Below, piece after piece: positions 51,722 to 62,566 of a stretch of 64,000 nucleotides of DNA. The translations under genes and the position numbers were made by a program. The notes below the pieces were generated by a model, which saw only the letters and a program-made list of their open reading frames with translations, was not told the DNA's origin and did no database searches. Source of the DNA: Gallionella sp. (GTDB lineage Bacteria > Pseudomonadota > Gammaproteobacteria > Burkholderiales > Gallionellaceae); the NCBI GenBank assembly GCA_028688275.1, contig JAQTYN010000003.1, positions 1,358 to 65,357 on the forward strand, written 5' to 3'. The first letter of the stretch is position 1. Each line of letters opens with the position of its first letter.

Positions 51722-52734
51722 TTATTGTGATGGGTAAGGACGTAACGGATGAACAAATCGGCGCGGTAGTGAAGCGTCTGGAAGTTGCAGGACTGAAGGC
51801 AAACATTTCACGTGGTATCGAACGCACCGTGATTGGTGCCATTGGCGACGAACGCCAATTGACCGAAGATATGTTTACCCCGCTGGAAGGCGTGGAGTCG
51901 GCGATGCACATCGCCAAACAATACAAAATCGTGTCGCGTGAATCCCACCGCGAAAACACGGTGATCGACATTGGCGGTATTCCCTTGGGCGGCAATCAAA
52001 TTCAAGTGATTGCAGGTCCTTGCTCAGTCGAGACGCAATCCCAAATGGACTTGTCTGCACAATTTGTGCACGAAGCAGGTTGCCGTTTGATGCGCGGTGG
52101 CGCGTTCAAACCCCGCACCAGCCCTTATGCGTTCCAAGGTCACGGTGCAGAAGGCTTGGACATGTTCCGCAAAGCGGCTTCCCAATACAAATTGCCTATC
52201 GTCACCGAGCTAATGGACGCGCGTCAGTTGGATACCTTTATGGAATACGACGTGGATGTGATCCAAATCGGCACGCGCAATATGCAAAACTTTGATTTAT
52301 TGAAAGAAGTGGGGCGTATCAACAAACCCGTTATTCTCAAACGCGGCATGTCCGCCACGATTTCAGAATGGTTGATGGCGGCGGAATACATCGCGGCGGG
52401 CGGCAATCACAACATTATTTTTTGCGAACGCGGCATTCGCACCTTTGAAACCTACTACCGCAATGTGCTGGATGTAACGGCGATTCCCGTGTTGAAAAAA
52501 GAAACGCATCTTCCCGTGATTGTTGATCCTTCCCACGCGGGTGGCAAGGCGTGGATGGTGGCTGCATTGTCCCAAGCCGCCGTCGCAGCAGGTGCGGATG
52601 GCTTGTTAGTCGAAATGCACCCTAGCCCATGCGAAGCGTGGTGTGATGCCGATCAAGCTCTGACCCCACAAGAACTGAAAAAGCTGATGGGAACGCTGGG
52701 CGCGATTGCAGGAGCCATTGGACGGACGGTGTAA
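51718..52734 (+). CDS. aroF: DAHP synthase, type I-beta with N-terminal regulatory domain
   Basis: IAGPCSVE, RGGAFKPRTSPY, CERGIRTF and VDPSH. Confidence 0.95.
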   Translation: MIIVMGKDVTDEQIGAVVKRLEVAGLKANISRGIERTVIGAIGDERQLTEDMFTPLEGVESAMHIAKQYKIVSRESHRENTVIDIGGIPLGGNQIQVIAGPCSVETQSQMDLSAQFVHEAGCRLMRGGAFKPRTSPYAFQGHGAEGLDMFRKAASQYKLPIVTELMDARQLDTFMEYDVDVIQIGTRNMQNFDLLKEVGRINKPVILKRGMSATISEWLMAAEYIAAGGNHNIIFCERGIRTFETYYRNVLDVTAIPVLKKETHLPVIVDPSHAGGKAWMVAALSQAAVAAGADGLLVEMHPSPCEAWCDADQALTPQELKKLMGTLGAIAGAIGRTV

Positions 52735-52790
52735 GGACTGAGAAACGTAAAGAGGGAAGGGAGAAGGGGGTACTTTCCTCTATTCACACG

Positions 52791-53417
52791 ATGACACGCA
52801 TTAAAATTTGCGGGATTACCCGTCTAGTAGACTTGCAATCGGTTGCACATCATGGTGCGGATGCGATTGGCTTGGTGTTTTATCCGCCCAGCCCACGCAA
52901 CGTCAGCATAGATCAAGCAGTTGAATTGTTGGTACATTTACCGCCATTTGTCACCGTCGTGGGCTTGTTTGTTAATGCCAATGCAGAAACCGTGCGTGAA
53001 GTGTTGAGTCGTGTGAACTTGGACGTGCTGCAATTCCACGGTGATGAGTCTCCCGAGTACTGTGAACAGTTCGGTAAGCCTTATCTCAAAGCTATTCGTG
53101 TCAAAGCGGGGGTGGATTTGCAACAATGCGCAACGCGTTTTCACCGCGCGCAAGGGCTGCTGCTTGATGCTTATGTCGAAGGCATCCCTGGTGGCACGGG
53201 AGCATCATTTGACTGGGGGTTGATTCCAAAGGATTTGCCCCTCCCCATCATTTTATCGGGTGGATTAGATGGCGAAAATGTCGCCGCCGCCATCCAACAA
53301 GTACAGCCCTACGCGGTGGATGTCTCCAGTGGCGTGGAAGCATCAAAAGGCATTAAAGACGAGGCGAAGGTCACATCGTTCATTCATGAAATTCACAAAA
53401 CCGACGTAAGTCGATAG
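52791..53417 (+). CDS. trpF: Phosphoribosylanthranilate isomerase
   Basis: RIKICGIT, QFHGDE, PGGTG, LSGGL and VDVSSGVE. Confidence 0.98.
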   Translation: MTRIKICGITRLVDLQSVAHHGADAIGLVFYPPSPRNVSIDQAVELLVHLPPFVTVVGLFVNANAETVREVLSRVNLDVLQFHGDESPEYCEQFGKPYLKAIRVKAGVDLQQCATRFHRAQGLLLDAYVEGIPGGTGASFDWGLIPKDLPLPIILSGGLDGENVAAAIQQVQPYAVDVSSGVEASKGIKDEAKVTSFIHEIHKTDVSR

Positions 53418-53590
53418 CACTGCCTTCCCAAAACAACGTTTTGCGCAGAGTTTTTTCTGCCAAGAGCCGTGCGCAACAACACATTATCACACAATTTATC
53501 AGCCATCCTCACGTCCCCTCGCAGGGGTGGTGCGACTTTTATGGTTAGGAATTTTATGTGCCCCAAAAACTTTTCAAATATTAACTCAAT

Positions 53591-54109
53591 ATACTCGGCA
53601 ACTTAACGGTTTCTATCTCCTAGGTTCCCAAAGTCACCGCCTTCGCACTGGTCACGCATGTCCATCCTTTAATCTGTTTGTACGCTGCATTTATGGTCAG
53701 CTTGATTACCTCGCTCATCGGTGGTCGTCTTGGCATGATTTCAGGTGCAACAGGCGCGTTAGCCGTGGTCATGGTGGCACTGGTGGTGCAACACGGAGTG
53801 GAATATCTTTTCGCGACCGTGGTATTGATGGGCATATTGCAAATTGTATTTGGTTTGGCAAAGTTTGGTAAATTTATCCGCATGGTGCCACATCCCGTGA
53901 TGTTGGGTTTCGTCAACGGACTCGCCATTGTGATCTTCCTAGCACAACTGGGACACTTTAAAGTACCCGCTGCTGACGGCTCTAGCCATTGGATGGAAGG
54001 TGCGGCTTTGCTCACCATGCTGGGGCTGATTGCCCTAACCATGGCAACTGTTTATCTGCTCACAAAAGTCAACAGGGCAAAAACTACACCTGCCCATTGT
54101 ACTTGCTAA
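53591..54109 (+). pseudogene. Truncated SulP-family anion transporter
   Basis: LYAAFM..GGRLGMISGATGALAVVM and PHPVMLGFVNGLAIVIF motifs. There is an in-frame TAG at 53621-53623 and the gene ends after about 170 codons. Confidence 0.88.
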
Positions 54110-54237
54110 TTACTGTCATGATAATGACAATAATTGCTAGTCATATGACGTTTTTTGGACGTAAGATTACTGTAAGTAATATGCAAGGTTTCGTAAGAAT
54201 ATGTATTATTAATTTGACATCAATAGGTTAACCACTT

Positions 54238-54253
54238 TGGCACGATCTATGCT
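54238..54253 (+). promoter_or_regulatory. Sigma-54 (-24/-12) promoter of the pilin gene
   Basis: TGGCAC-GATCT-ATGCT matches the TGGCAC-N5-TTGC consensus, 63 nt upstream of the pilin ATG. Confidence 0.75.
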
Positions 54254-54316
54254 TAAAGACATACAAGCGTATTTAATGTGAATGCGCTTAACTTTCACTA
54301 AATTAGGAGCGTTAAA

Positions 54317-54793
54317 ATGAAAAACGTACAAAAAGGTTTTACCTTGATCGAACTGATGATTGTAGTCGCTATTATCGGTATTTTGGCTGCGGTTGCTATC
54401 CCTGCTTACGGTGATTACACGGCACGCGCCCAAGCTGCAGAAGCGATGACGTTAATGGATGGGCTGAAAACACCGATGACCGAAGCCTACACTACAGACG
54501 GCAGCTGGGATATAACTAAAATCAGCGCGGTCACAAAAGGTAAATATGTATCGGGCATTGTTGCAATCGCTGCTAAATCGACGATCAATGCACAGTTCAA
54601 TACCACTGGTGTGAGCAGCAAAATTGCGGGTTTGTGGGTACACATGAACTATAATACTCTGACAGGTAGCTGGTATTGTGCGAATGGAACAGATTCTGCG
54701 GAAGCAACAACTGCGGCAACCACCGCTGCACAAACGGCGGTTGTAGGTACGCTAGGCTTACCTCTTACTTTGTTGCCAAAATCTTGCCAATAA
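54317..54793 (+). CDS. pilA: Type IVa major pilin
   Basis: [27 protein letters not shown] prepilin motif and C-terminal disulfide pair. Confidence 0.95.
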   Translation: MKNVQKGFTLIELMIVVAIIGILAAVAIPAYGDYTARAQAAEAMTLMDGLKTPMTEAYTTDGSWDITKISAVTKGKYVSGIVAIAAKSTINAQFNTTGVSSKIAGLWVHMNYNTLTGSWYCANGTDSAEATTAATTAAQTAVVGTLGLPLTLLPKSCQ

Positions 54794-54906
54794 GCCTCTA
54801 ATACCTAGCTGATTGGTTTCAATGTTTACGATTTTTCTCAAACAAGTTGCGATATAAAAGTAAATAAAGACGATCTTAAGTCACGCGCTATTTGAAGCAT
54901 TTGTCT

Positions 54907-54944
54907 ACACAAAACACCTCGTCAGAGGTGTTTTGTGTTTTTTT
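54907..54944 (+). terminator. Intrinsic terminator of the pilin gene
   Basis: 14-bp stem ACACAAAACACCTC/GAGGTGTTTTGTGT followed by a T-run. Confidence 0.9.
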
Positions 54945-54964
54945 AAATATAAAGGATAGTCGTT

Positions 54965-56344
54965 ATGATCACCCCACCCCATCCGTATCTGATCAAAATT
55001 CGAAATGCCTTGGCATATCGTTTTAGCCTGCACGCGGATCAATCAAGTTTTGTGGAAATTGATCGGAATATTCGTGATGGCGTAGAGATTAAAGGCACGA
55101 ATTTATGGTTATTGATGCTGGCAATCTTTATCGCCTCCGTTGGGCTGAATGTCAATTCAACAGCCGTCATTATTGGTGCGATGCTTATATCTCCACTCAT
55201 GGGGCCAATTATGGGGGTGGGATATGGTGCGGGGATTAATGACAGCATATTGATTCGGCGCAGCATAGGTAACCTGCTAGTATCTATCGGCATCGCTCTA
55301 TTTACATCAACATTGTATTTTTTGGTCAGTCCCTTGTCGGTAGCGCAATCAGAATTATTGGCTCGAACCACGCCCAGCATTTGGGATGTGTTAATTGCGT
55401 TGTTTGGCGGATTAGCGGGCATTATTGCTTCGACACGTAAAGAAAAATCAAATGTGATTCCAGGGGTGGCGATTGCCACGGCGTTGATGCCTCCCTTGTG
55501 TACGGCGGGATACGGTATCGCCAATGGTTCGTTGGAAATGTTTTTTGGGGCGTTCTACCTGTTTTTTATTAACAGCGTCTTTATCGCTTTTGCCACCTTG
55601 ATTGTGATTAGCTATATCCATCCACCGCACAAGCGTTTTGTCAGCAAGGAGTTAGAAGGCAGGGTCAGGAAATATATCTACATTGTCGTGGTCGTGACTA
55701 TTTTGCCCAGTATTTACTTAGCATATGGCTTGGTGACGAGAGAGATGTTCAATGCGAGAGCGAACGAATTTATCAAGAAAGAAGTTGTCTTTGAGAATAG
55801 CTTTATCGCTAAACAAACCATTTTGCCTGACCAGAAAATCATTGAGCTTTCCGTGGTTGGGCAAAAAATTGACAGTCAACGATTAAAAGCTCTCAAGAAT
55901 AAATTAGGGGGTTACCGTATCCCGAATGCAAATTTAATTGTGCATCAAACGGTGATTAAGGAACTAGATGAAGCGACATTACGGAAATCATTATTGTCTG
56001 ATGTGCTCAGCAATAATCAAGAGGTTTTTGATGCCAAAAATCATCAAATACTAGATTTAAAACAACAGCTTGCTAACTTTCAAGTACAAAAAATACAGCA
56101 AACCAGCAATCTAGCCGATCAGCAGAAAATTTTTGACGAGTTTTTGGCACAGTATCCGCAGGTTCAAAAATTAGCGATTGCAAAAACGACTGAATATCAA
56201 CCCAGTTCAGCAGTGCAAGCCACTGTTTTATTGGTGAATGTCACCACCAATAAAGCATTTAGCAAGGAAGACCGTCGCCGAAGTACTGCTTGGTTGCAAG
56301 TCAGGGCTGGCGTAGATAGCGTCAAACTCATCATTGAAAAGTAA
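54965..56344 (+). CDS. DUF389 / TIGR00341-family membrane protein
   Basis: NSTAVIIGAMLISPLMGPI, ELLARTTPSIWDVLIA and PGVAIATALMPPLC. Confidence 0.92.
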   Translation: MITPPHPYLIKIRNALAYRFSLHADQSSFVEIDRNIRDGVEIKGTNLWLLMLAIFIASVGLNVNSTAVIIGAMLISPLMGPIMGVGYGAGINDSILIRRSIGNLLVSIGIALFTSTLYFLVSPLSVAQSELLARTTPSIWDVLIALFGGLAGIIASTRKEKSNVIPGVAIATALMPPLCTAGYGIANGSLEMFFGAFYLFFINSVFIAFATLIVISYIHPPHKRFVSKELEGRVRKYIYIVVVVTILPSIYLAYGLVTREMFNARANEFIKKEVVFENSFIAKQTILPDQKIIELSVVGQKIDSQRLKALKNKLGGYRIPNANLIVHQTVIKELDEATLRKSLLSDVLSNNQEVFDAKNHQILDLKQQLANFQVQKIQQTSNLADQQKIFDEFLAQYPQVQKLAIAKTTEYQPSSAVQATVLLVNVTTNKAFSKEDRRRSTAWLQVRAGVDSVKLIIEK

Positions 56345-56436
56345 AACGTTCAAAAACTAACGCACATTTTCAACTAAACTAAGGGAATTTCGTGTCTGAT
56401 TCCATTCGTAACCCATAGCATCTCAAAGGTATCCTC

Positions 56437-57660
56437 ATGGAACTACATCAGTTTTTTCTCTTCCTCGCCATTGTGCTTATTGCAGCACGGGTGTTATCTG
56501 AAACAGTTGCTCGCTTTGGTATTCCTGCCGTCATCGGCGAGTTATTAGCTGGGCTGCTCATTGGTCCTTCATTGCTAGGTTGGGTGTCACCTGACACCAC
56601 CATGAAATTGCTGGCAGAAATTGGCATTATTTTGCTACTGTTTGAAGTGGGGATGGACACTGACTTAAGCCGTTTGGCGCGCTCTGGTCGCAAGCCCTAT
56701 ATTGTGGCAGTGGTCGGTTTCGCCTTGCCGTTCGCATTCGGCTATGGCATTAGCGTGTGGCTATTCGGTTTACCCCAACTTACTGCACTGTTTATCGCTG
56801 GTGCACTCACTGCGACCAGCATTGGTATCACCGTGCGGGTATTGAATGATCTCGGCAAACGCCATTCCGATGAGGCACAAATTGTCATTGGCGCGGCGGT
56901 ATTGGATGATATTTTGGGCGTATTGGTTTTGGCATTTCTGTATCAATTCGCTGTTGAAAAACAAGTCTCGGTGCAAGCCTTGGGCAAAGTCAGCTTGTAC
57001 ATCGTGTTGTTTATGCTCTTCACGCCTATTGTCACCAAACTTGCCGCCAAGGTCATAGACAAGCTAGACCAACGCGCCGCCTCACCTGGCTTATTGCTCA
57101 GTATGGTACTGTCTCTGATCTTGCTATTTTCTTGGCTGGCACATTTGATTGGCGCACCCGAAATTATGGGCGGCTTCGCGGCGGGATTGGCATTCAGTCA
57201 GTATTTTGGCTTTAAGTTTTCCCTAGGTAAATTTTCCCTCCATTGCGCCCCTAGCCCTAAATTAGCCCATCAACTAGAAGAGCAGATACGCCCGCTGATT
57301 CATACTTTTTCACCCTTGTTTTTTGTCATGGTGGGCGTATCACTCAATTTAAGCGATGTCAATTGGCGTACACCTGCCATTTGGGGTTTGGCTGGTTCAT
57401 TGCTGCTTGTGGCATTTATTGGGAAATTTGCAGCTGGATTTTTTATCCGTGAGCCACGGCAGAATCAAATTGCCATTGGACTTTCTATGATTCCACGCGG
57501 TGAAGTCGGATTGATTTTTGCACAACTAGGCTTTTCCCAAGGCATCTTGAACGGTGAACTTTATGCTGCGCTACTTATTGTCATAGCCATTACCACCATG
57601 ACCCCACCCTTTTTACTAAAATGGTTCTACCAACAACAAGATGCTAGCCACCCCCTTTAA
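56437..57660 (+). CDS. Cation:proton antiporter (CPA2 family)
   Basis: LAEIGIILLLFEVGMDT, TATSIGIT, AAVLDD and MIPRGEV. Confidence 0.93.
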   Translation: MELHQFFLFLAIVLIAARVLSETVARFGIPAVIGELLAGLLIGPSLLGWVSPDTTMKLLAEIGIILLLFEVGMDTDLSRLARSGRKPYIVAVVGFALPFAFGYGISVWLFGLPQLTALFIAGALTATSIGITVRVLNDLGKRHSDEAQIVIGAAVLDDILGVLVLAFLYQFAVEKQVSVQALGKVSLYIVLFMLFTPIVTKLAAKVIDKLDQRAASPGLLLSMVLSLILLFSWLAHLIGAPEIMGGFAAGLAFSQYFGFKFSLGKFSLHCAPSPKLAHQLEEQIRPLIHTFSPLFFVMVGVSLNLSDVNWRTPAIWGLAGSLLLVAFIGKFAAGFFIREPRQNQIAIGLSMIPRGEVGLIFAQLGFSQGILNGELYAALLIVIAITTMTPPFLLKWFYQQQDASHPL

Positions 57661-57668
57661 ACAGAACT

Positions 57669-58499
57669 TCAAGGATTGCCAGCAAATCGCTCGCGCAGCT
57701 CAGTCAAATTCAATGTTTCCAAAATCTGCTCTAAGCGTTCTGCGGCATTTTTGCGTAGCGTATCAGTGCGACGAGCGATAATTAGCTCGTTTTTCATGGA
57801 ATGTTCCCAGCCGACGAGTTCAGTGACCGTCAATTGATAGCCGTTGGCTTCCAATTGCAAACAACGCAGCACATTGGTGAGTTGGCTGCCAAATTCGCGC
57901 GTATGCACAGGATGTCGCCAGATTTCGGATAAAGGTGTTTTTCCAAATGATTGATTTTTATGCTTATTCAATACCTTGGCGACTTCTGCCTGACAGCAGG
58001 GCACCAGCACCATAAATTTGGCTTGTTTGCGCAGGGCAAATTGAATCGCGTCATCCGTGGCGGTGTCACATGCGTGCAATGCCGTTACAACATCAATTTG
58101 ATCGGGTAGCTCGGTACTGTGCGTTGAGGCTTCAACCGATAAATTTAAAAAGCTCATCTGTTCAAAGCCAAGCTGTGCGGCAAGATGTTGAGACTTTTGC
58201 ACCAGCTCTGCCCGCGTTTCAATGCCGTAAACATGCGCAGACGCGCGTGATTTCAAAAACAAGTCGTACAGAATAAATCCTAAATACGACTTTCCTGCAC
58301 CGTGATCCGCCAGCGTGACCCTACCCTGTTCGGCATAGACTTCGTTCAACAACGGTTCAATAAAATGGCACAGGTGATACACCTGCTTGAGCTTGCGGCG
58401 GCTATCTTGGTTAAGCTTGCCATCCCGTGTCAGGATATGCAGCTCTTTGAGTAGATCTATGGATTGGTTAGGTTTTATTTCTGGCATCAGGCTGTTCAT
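57669..58499 (-). CDS. Class I SAM-dependent methyltransferase (Methyltransf_32-like)
   Basis: [26 protein letters not shown] and HSMKNELI. Confidence 0.9.
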   Translation of the reverse strand: MNSLMPEIKPNQSIDLLKELHILTRDGKLNQDSRRKLKQVYHLCHFIEPLLNEVYAEQGRVTLADHGAGKSYLGFILYDLFLKSRASAHVYGIETRAELVQKSQHLAAQLGFEQMSFLNLSVEASTHSTELPDQIDVVTALHACDTATDDAIQFALRKQAKFMVLVPCCQAEVAKVLNKHKNQSFGKTPLSEIWRHPVHTREFGSQLTNVLRCLQLEANGYQLTVTELVGWEHSMKNELIIARRTDTLRKNAAERLEQILETLNLTELRERFAGNP

Positions 58500-58951
58500 G
58501 CTGTTCGCCGCACTTTCTTCATCGCTTGTTGGGCTTCACGCTTACCTTCACGTTCCTTTTCGGTCGCGCGCTTGTCGTGTTGCTTTTTACCTTTGGCTAG
58601 CCCAATCGCCAGCTTCACCCGTCCTTCTTTGTAGTGCATATCCAGCGGCATTAAGGTATAACCCGCCCGTTGCACTTTGCCGATAATCTTTTCGATTTCA
58701 CTCTTGTGCAACAACAGCTTACGTGTCCTGATGGGGTCAGGATGAATGTGGGTAGAAGCGTTCAACAGCGGGCTAATATGCGAACCAAAAAGATACAGCT
58801 CACCGTTATTGACTGTAACATACGCTTCTTTGAGTTGCGCTCGACCCGCACGGATAGCCTTAACCTCCCAGCCTTCCAGCATAATCCCAGCTTCGTATTT
58901 GTCTTCAATGAAGTATTCATGGAAGGCTTTTTTATTTTGTATGATACTCAT
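58496..58951 (-). CDS. smpB: SsrA-binding protein
   Basis: [28 protein letters not shown] and GKKQHDKR. Confidence 0.99.
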   Translation of the reverse strand: MSIIQNKKAFHEYFIEDKYEAGIMLEGWEVKAIRAGRAQLKEAYVTVNNGELYLFGSHISPLLNASTHIHPDPIRTRKLLLHKSEIEKIIGKVQRAGYTLMPLDMHYKEGRVKLAIGLAKGKKQHDKRATEKEREGKREAQQAMKKVRRTA

Positions 58952-59126
58952 CGGTAATGCTCATGCTTAATCGTTAGGCGACCATTCTACCAGCCTTTTT
59001 TGATGTCCTAGCCATTCAATGTGGTGTTAGGGTACGCACATTCGTGATGCAAACCGTGCTTGGTAAAAGCAAAAGCTCCCCGCGCTGATAAGGCTAGTAT
59101 AGAGCAACGGCTTAAATACACACGCT

Positions 59127-60311
59127 TCAAAACACCATGTCGTAGCTCGCGGTCAATAAATCGAGATGCCCCATGGGAACGGATGTATTGGGCGTGGCTA
59201 TAAAAAAAGGGATTTGTGCATTGTTTTTCCAGCGATCATATTGCAGCTTGAGCGCACTGCTGTTGTCCAATTCATAACGCAATGACAAGGAGGTTGTACT
59301 GTGCGCTTCAGCCTGCGCGGGAGCTAAATTAGCCACCACGTCTAAACGCTGCACCATGTGGTAATTGTTGTAGGTCAACATCGGCAACCATTTCCCGACG
59401 CGATAACCCAAACCATACACCTCACTAAAATCTTCACCGTAAGAGGCTTTGCGGTTGATGTACAAAAACTCAGCTCGCGCCACCCAGTGCTCTGCATCGG
59501 CATTCAAGGAAATGCCGTAAAGGTTTTGCGGTGTCTTATTATTAAATGCCAAAGGGGTGGTCGAAAAAGGATTGGTATTTTGAATATTAGATTGTAGATA
59601 CACCAAGCGCGAGGTGAACCAATCTCGATTTAATACTAAATCGGCTCCAAGAATATTGGACCAACGACTATCGGTGCGCGTGTTCCCACCGTTATAGAGC
59701 TTCCAATAACCACTGTCCTTAACGGTCTCATCACCCGCAAAAAAATTCATACTCGACGACCAGTCGCCCCAGTCATCGCGATATAACATATTGACTCCGT
59801 TGTAATTGACGATTTCCCAGCCATACATTTGCGGAGCCAAATGCACCCAAGGGTAAGACATTCCCAAGTCTTGCGATTCGGAATAATACAATAAAGGCAA
59901 ACGCTTACGCCCCACCTGCAAGGTCAGTTCATCATTCAACTTCCAATCGGCATATAACCACTCAAAATCCAGTTGACCGCCTGCGGCACCGCGCGCCACC
60001 ACTTGTCCTGTGACCGAAAAACGAGGATTAAACACCGCAGAACCTTGTAAGCCTAACTTGGTGTCAGGTCTCCATTGCACACCACCTTGTTGGTACACAC
60101 CCGTTTGTGCGAAATCAGAGACGAAGCAAGGACAGCGAAAGCTGCTGCTAGGTTGTGCCGCCCCAGCGTTAAGGGTCTTCCCTACTGCTAAGGTCAAGAA
60201 ACCAGAGCCTTCAAAATTCACCCCAGCCAGTTCAATGGCAGCACTCTGTGATGACATACCTAGCCACAACATCGCCGTTGTTAATTTGAGTATAGTTTGT
60301 AAATTCTTCAT
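59127..60311 (-). CDS. Putative outer-membrane beta-barrel porin, paralogue 1
   Basis: Signal peptide, alternating beta pattern, QVGRKRLPL and C-terminal YDMVF. Confidence 0.75.
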   Translation of the reverse strand: MKNLQTILKLTTAMLWLGMSSQSAAIELAGVNFEGSGFLTLAVGKTLNAGAAQPSSSFRCPCFVSDFAQTGVYQQGGVQWRPDTKLGLQGSAVFNPRFSVTGQVVARGAAGGQLDFEWLYADWKLNDELTLQVGRKRLPLLYYSESQDLGMSYPWVHLAPQMYGWEIVNYNGVNMLYRDDWGDWSSSMNFFAGDETVKDSGYWKLYNGGNTRTDSRWSNILGADLVLNRDWFTSRLVYLQSNIQNTNPFSTTPLAFNNKTPQNLYGISLNADAEHWVARAEFLYINRKASYGEDFSEVYGLGYRVGKWLPMLTYNNYHMVQRLDVVANLAPAQAEAHSTTSLSLRYELDNSSALKLQYDRWKNNAQIPFFIATPNTSVPMGHLDLLTASYDMVF

Positions 60312-60428
60312 ATTTTTTCTCAGAAATCGCTGATTAATTCCGAACATACCCTCGACAAGCTTTGGAAAAGCAGATTTAATCAGAGCTCCCCTCAGTTGAC
60401 AATTGCAAATATAAATACACTCGCAAGC

Positions 60429-61589
60429 TTAAAACACTTGGTCGTAACTGACCGTCAATAAATCAACATGCCCCAAAGGCGTCACCGCATTCGGATTGGC
60501 GGTAAAAAAGGCGGGATCAGCCTTGTTTTGCCAACGATCAAATTGCAACTTAACAGCACTCACGTGGGAAAGATCATAGCGCAACAAAATTGAGGTCGTA
60601 CTATGCGCTTCTGATAACAGTGCATCAGGGGCAAGTAGTGCTTGGTAATAATTATGGAAACTTATCATTGGCAGCCAATGACCTAAATGGTAGCCCAACG
60701 AGTAAGATTGACTAAAATCCTCTCCATAAGATGCACGGCGGTCAATATACATAAACTCTGTGCGTACTACCCAATGTTGGTTATCAGCATTTAGCGAGGC
60801 ACTGTAAATGTGCTGCGGCGTTTTGGCACCCAACACCAACGGATCGGGGGCAAATAGATCGGTATTCTGAATATCCGATTGGATATATGCCACACGCGCT
60901 TCAAACCAATCTTTGCTTAAACTCAAATCCGCACCGATAATGTTAGACCAGCGACTATCCGTTCGGGTATTTAGCCCATTGTACATTTGCCAAAAGCGAC
61001 TATTTTTGACCTTTTCTTCGCCCGCAAAAAAATTCATGGCAGCGTACCAGTCATTCCAATCGTCTTTGTACAAGACGTTCAGTCCGTTGTAATTCACGAT
61101 CTCCCAACCATACACTTGTTGCGCCAAATGTACCCAAGGATAAGTCCATCCCACATCTTGCGATTCGGAGTGATCAAGCAGAGGCAAACGCTTGCGTCCG
61201 ACCTGCAAAGTCAATTTGTCGTTGAGCTTCCAATCCGCATACAGCCATTCAAAATCAAGCTGCCCCCCCGCTGCCCCCCGCGCCACGATCTGCCCCGTAA
61301 CGGATAGACGTGGACTAAACACAGCGGATCCCTGCAAGCCCAACTTGGTATCGGGTTGCCATTGCACACCGCCTTGCTGGTAAACCCCACCCTGCGCTAA
61401 GTCAGACAAAAAGCAAGGGCAATGGTAAGAGCCAAAGGGCTGGGCAGCACCATGATTAAGGATAGTACCCGCCGACAAAGTTAAGAAACCCGAACCCTGA
61501 AAATCCACGCCTGCCATCTCAATCGCTGCCGTTATGGGCGAAGTTAAAACTCCAAACATGAAAAATGGGAGTGTGTATTTCAAGCGCAT
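60429..61589 (-). CDS. Putative outer-membrane beta-barrel porin, paralogue 2
   Basis: Long near-identical stretches with paralogue 1 and C-terminal YDQVF. Confidence 0.75.
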   Translation of the reverse strand: MRLKYTLPFFMFGVLTSPITAAIEMAGVDFQGSGFLTLSAGTILNHGAAQPFGSYHCPCFLSDLAQGGVYQQGGVQWQPDTKLGLQGSAVFSPRLSVTGQIVARGAAGGQLDFEWLYADWKLNDKLTLQVGRKRLPLLDHSESQDVGWTYPWVHLAQQVYGWEIVNYNGLNVLYKDDWNDWYAAMNFFAGEEKVKNSRFWQMYNGLNTRTDSRWSNIIGADLSLSKDWFEARVAYIQSDIQNTDLFAPDPLVLGAKTPQHIYSASLNADNQHWVVRTEFMYIDRRASYGEDFSQSYSLGYHLGHWLPMISFHNYYQALLAPDALLSEAHSTTSILLRYDLSHVSAVKLQFDRWQNKADPAFFTANPNAVTPLGHVDLLTVSYDQVF

Positions 61590-61694
61590 AAAAATGCTTC
61601 CATCACAAAATTGCATTGCGAGCTATTTATACAATTAAAATCAATTGATTGAATAAGAATCTTCGGAAACAAACCAAAGAGATCATCGTGTGAA

Positions 61695-62435
61695 TTACAC
61701 CGCAGCCCGCTGTCTTCGACTTTCAAATAAACAAATGCCCGCGCTGACAGAAACATTCAAACTCTCCACGCTGCCCATCATCGGGATGCGCACCAGCTCA
61801 TCGCAAGTTTCACGAGTCAGACGGCGCAAACCTTCGCCTTCCGCACCCAACACCCATGCCAGACCACCCGTATGTTTGAATTGATGCAAGTCTTGCGTCG
61901 CTTCGCCCGCCGTCCCAACCACCCAAATATCGTGTTCTTGTAACTCCCGCAAGGTACGCGCCAAGTTGGTCACGGTAATGTAAGGCACGGTTTCTGCTGC
62001 GCCACACGCTACTTTTTCAACTGTGGCAGTGATGCCCACGGCGCGATCTTTGGGCGCGATGACCGCATGTACCCCAAACGCATCGGCACTCCGTAAACAC
62101 GCGCCCAAGTTGTGCGGGTCTTGCACACCATCCAACACTAAAATCAACGGCGGTTCTTCCAAGGTTTCTAATACGTCCGACAAATGCTGCACGCGTCGCG
62201 CCGCATCCACCCGCGCTGCGATACCTTGATGCCGCGCCCCGCCCGCCATGCCATCCAAACGCGCTGCTTCAATGGGAATCATGCGCACATTGCTGTCTGC
62301 TGCCAGCTTGATGAGATCGCGCATACGCGGGTCTTGCCGCTGCGCTTGGAAATACACTTCCATCACGCCTTCAGGATTTTGGCGAATGCGCGAGGTGACG
62401 GCATGGAAACCATAAATTAAACGTAAATCAGCCAT
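61695..62435 (-). CDS. rlmB: 23S rRNA (guanosine(2251)-2'-O)-methyltransferase
   Basis: [25 protein letters not shown] and ESLNVSV. Confidence 0.98.
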   Translation of the reverse strand: MADLRLIYGFHAVTSRIRQNPEGVMEVYFQAQRQDPRMRDLIKLAADSNVRMIPIEAARLDGMAGGARHQGIAARVDAARRVQHLSDVLETLEEPPLILVLDGVQDPHNLGACLRSADAFGVHAVIAPKDRAVGITATVEKVACGAAETVPYITVTNLARTLRELQEHDIWVVGTAGEATQDLHQFKHTGGLAWVLGAEGEGLRRLTRETCDELVRIPMMGSVESLNVSVSAGICLFESRRQRAAV

Positions 62436-62468
62436 GTTTGCTGTCTTTCTAAAGTGGGATATTTGTTT

Positions 62469-62560
62469 TTAGTCGTTAGTTATTAGCTGTTGGCTATTAG
62501 TCGTTAGTCGTTAGTCGTTAGCTATTAACAACTAACGACTAGCAGCTAGAGACTAACGAC
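62469..62560. repeat. Inverted heptamer-repeat element (TTAGTCG)n/(CTAACGA)n
   Basis: Tandem TTAGTCG units followed by complementary CTAACGA units. Confidence 0.85.
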
Positions 62561-62566
62561 CAACCA

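Noticed and set aside
54317-54793. Electrically conductive (e-pilin) candidate
   Set aside because: There are about 11 aromatic residues in 151 (about 7%) and a long aromatic-free C-terminal stretch, below the usual heuristic.
58952-59126. tmRNA (ssrA) next to smpB
   Set aside because: The spacer is too short and has no GGGG..TCCACCA tRNA-like ends.
62469-62560. Possible CRISPR array
   Set aside because: The units are 7-nt tandem repeats with no unique spacers, and no cas genes are present in the window.
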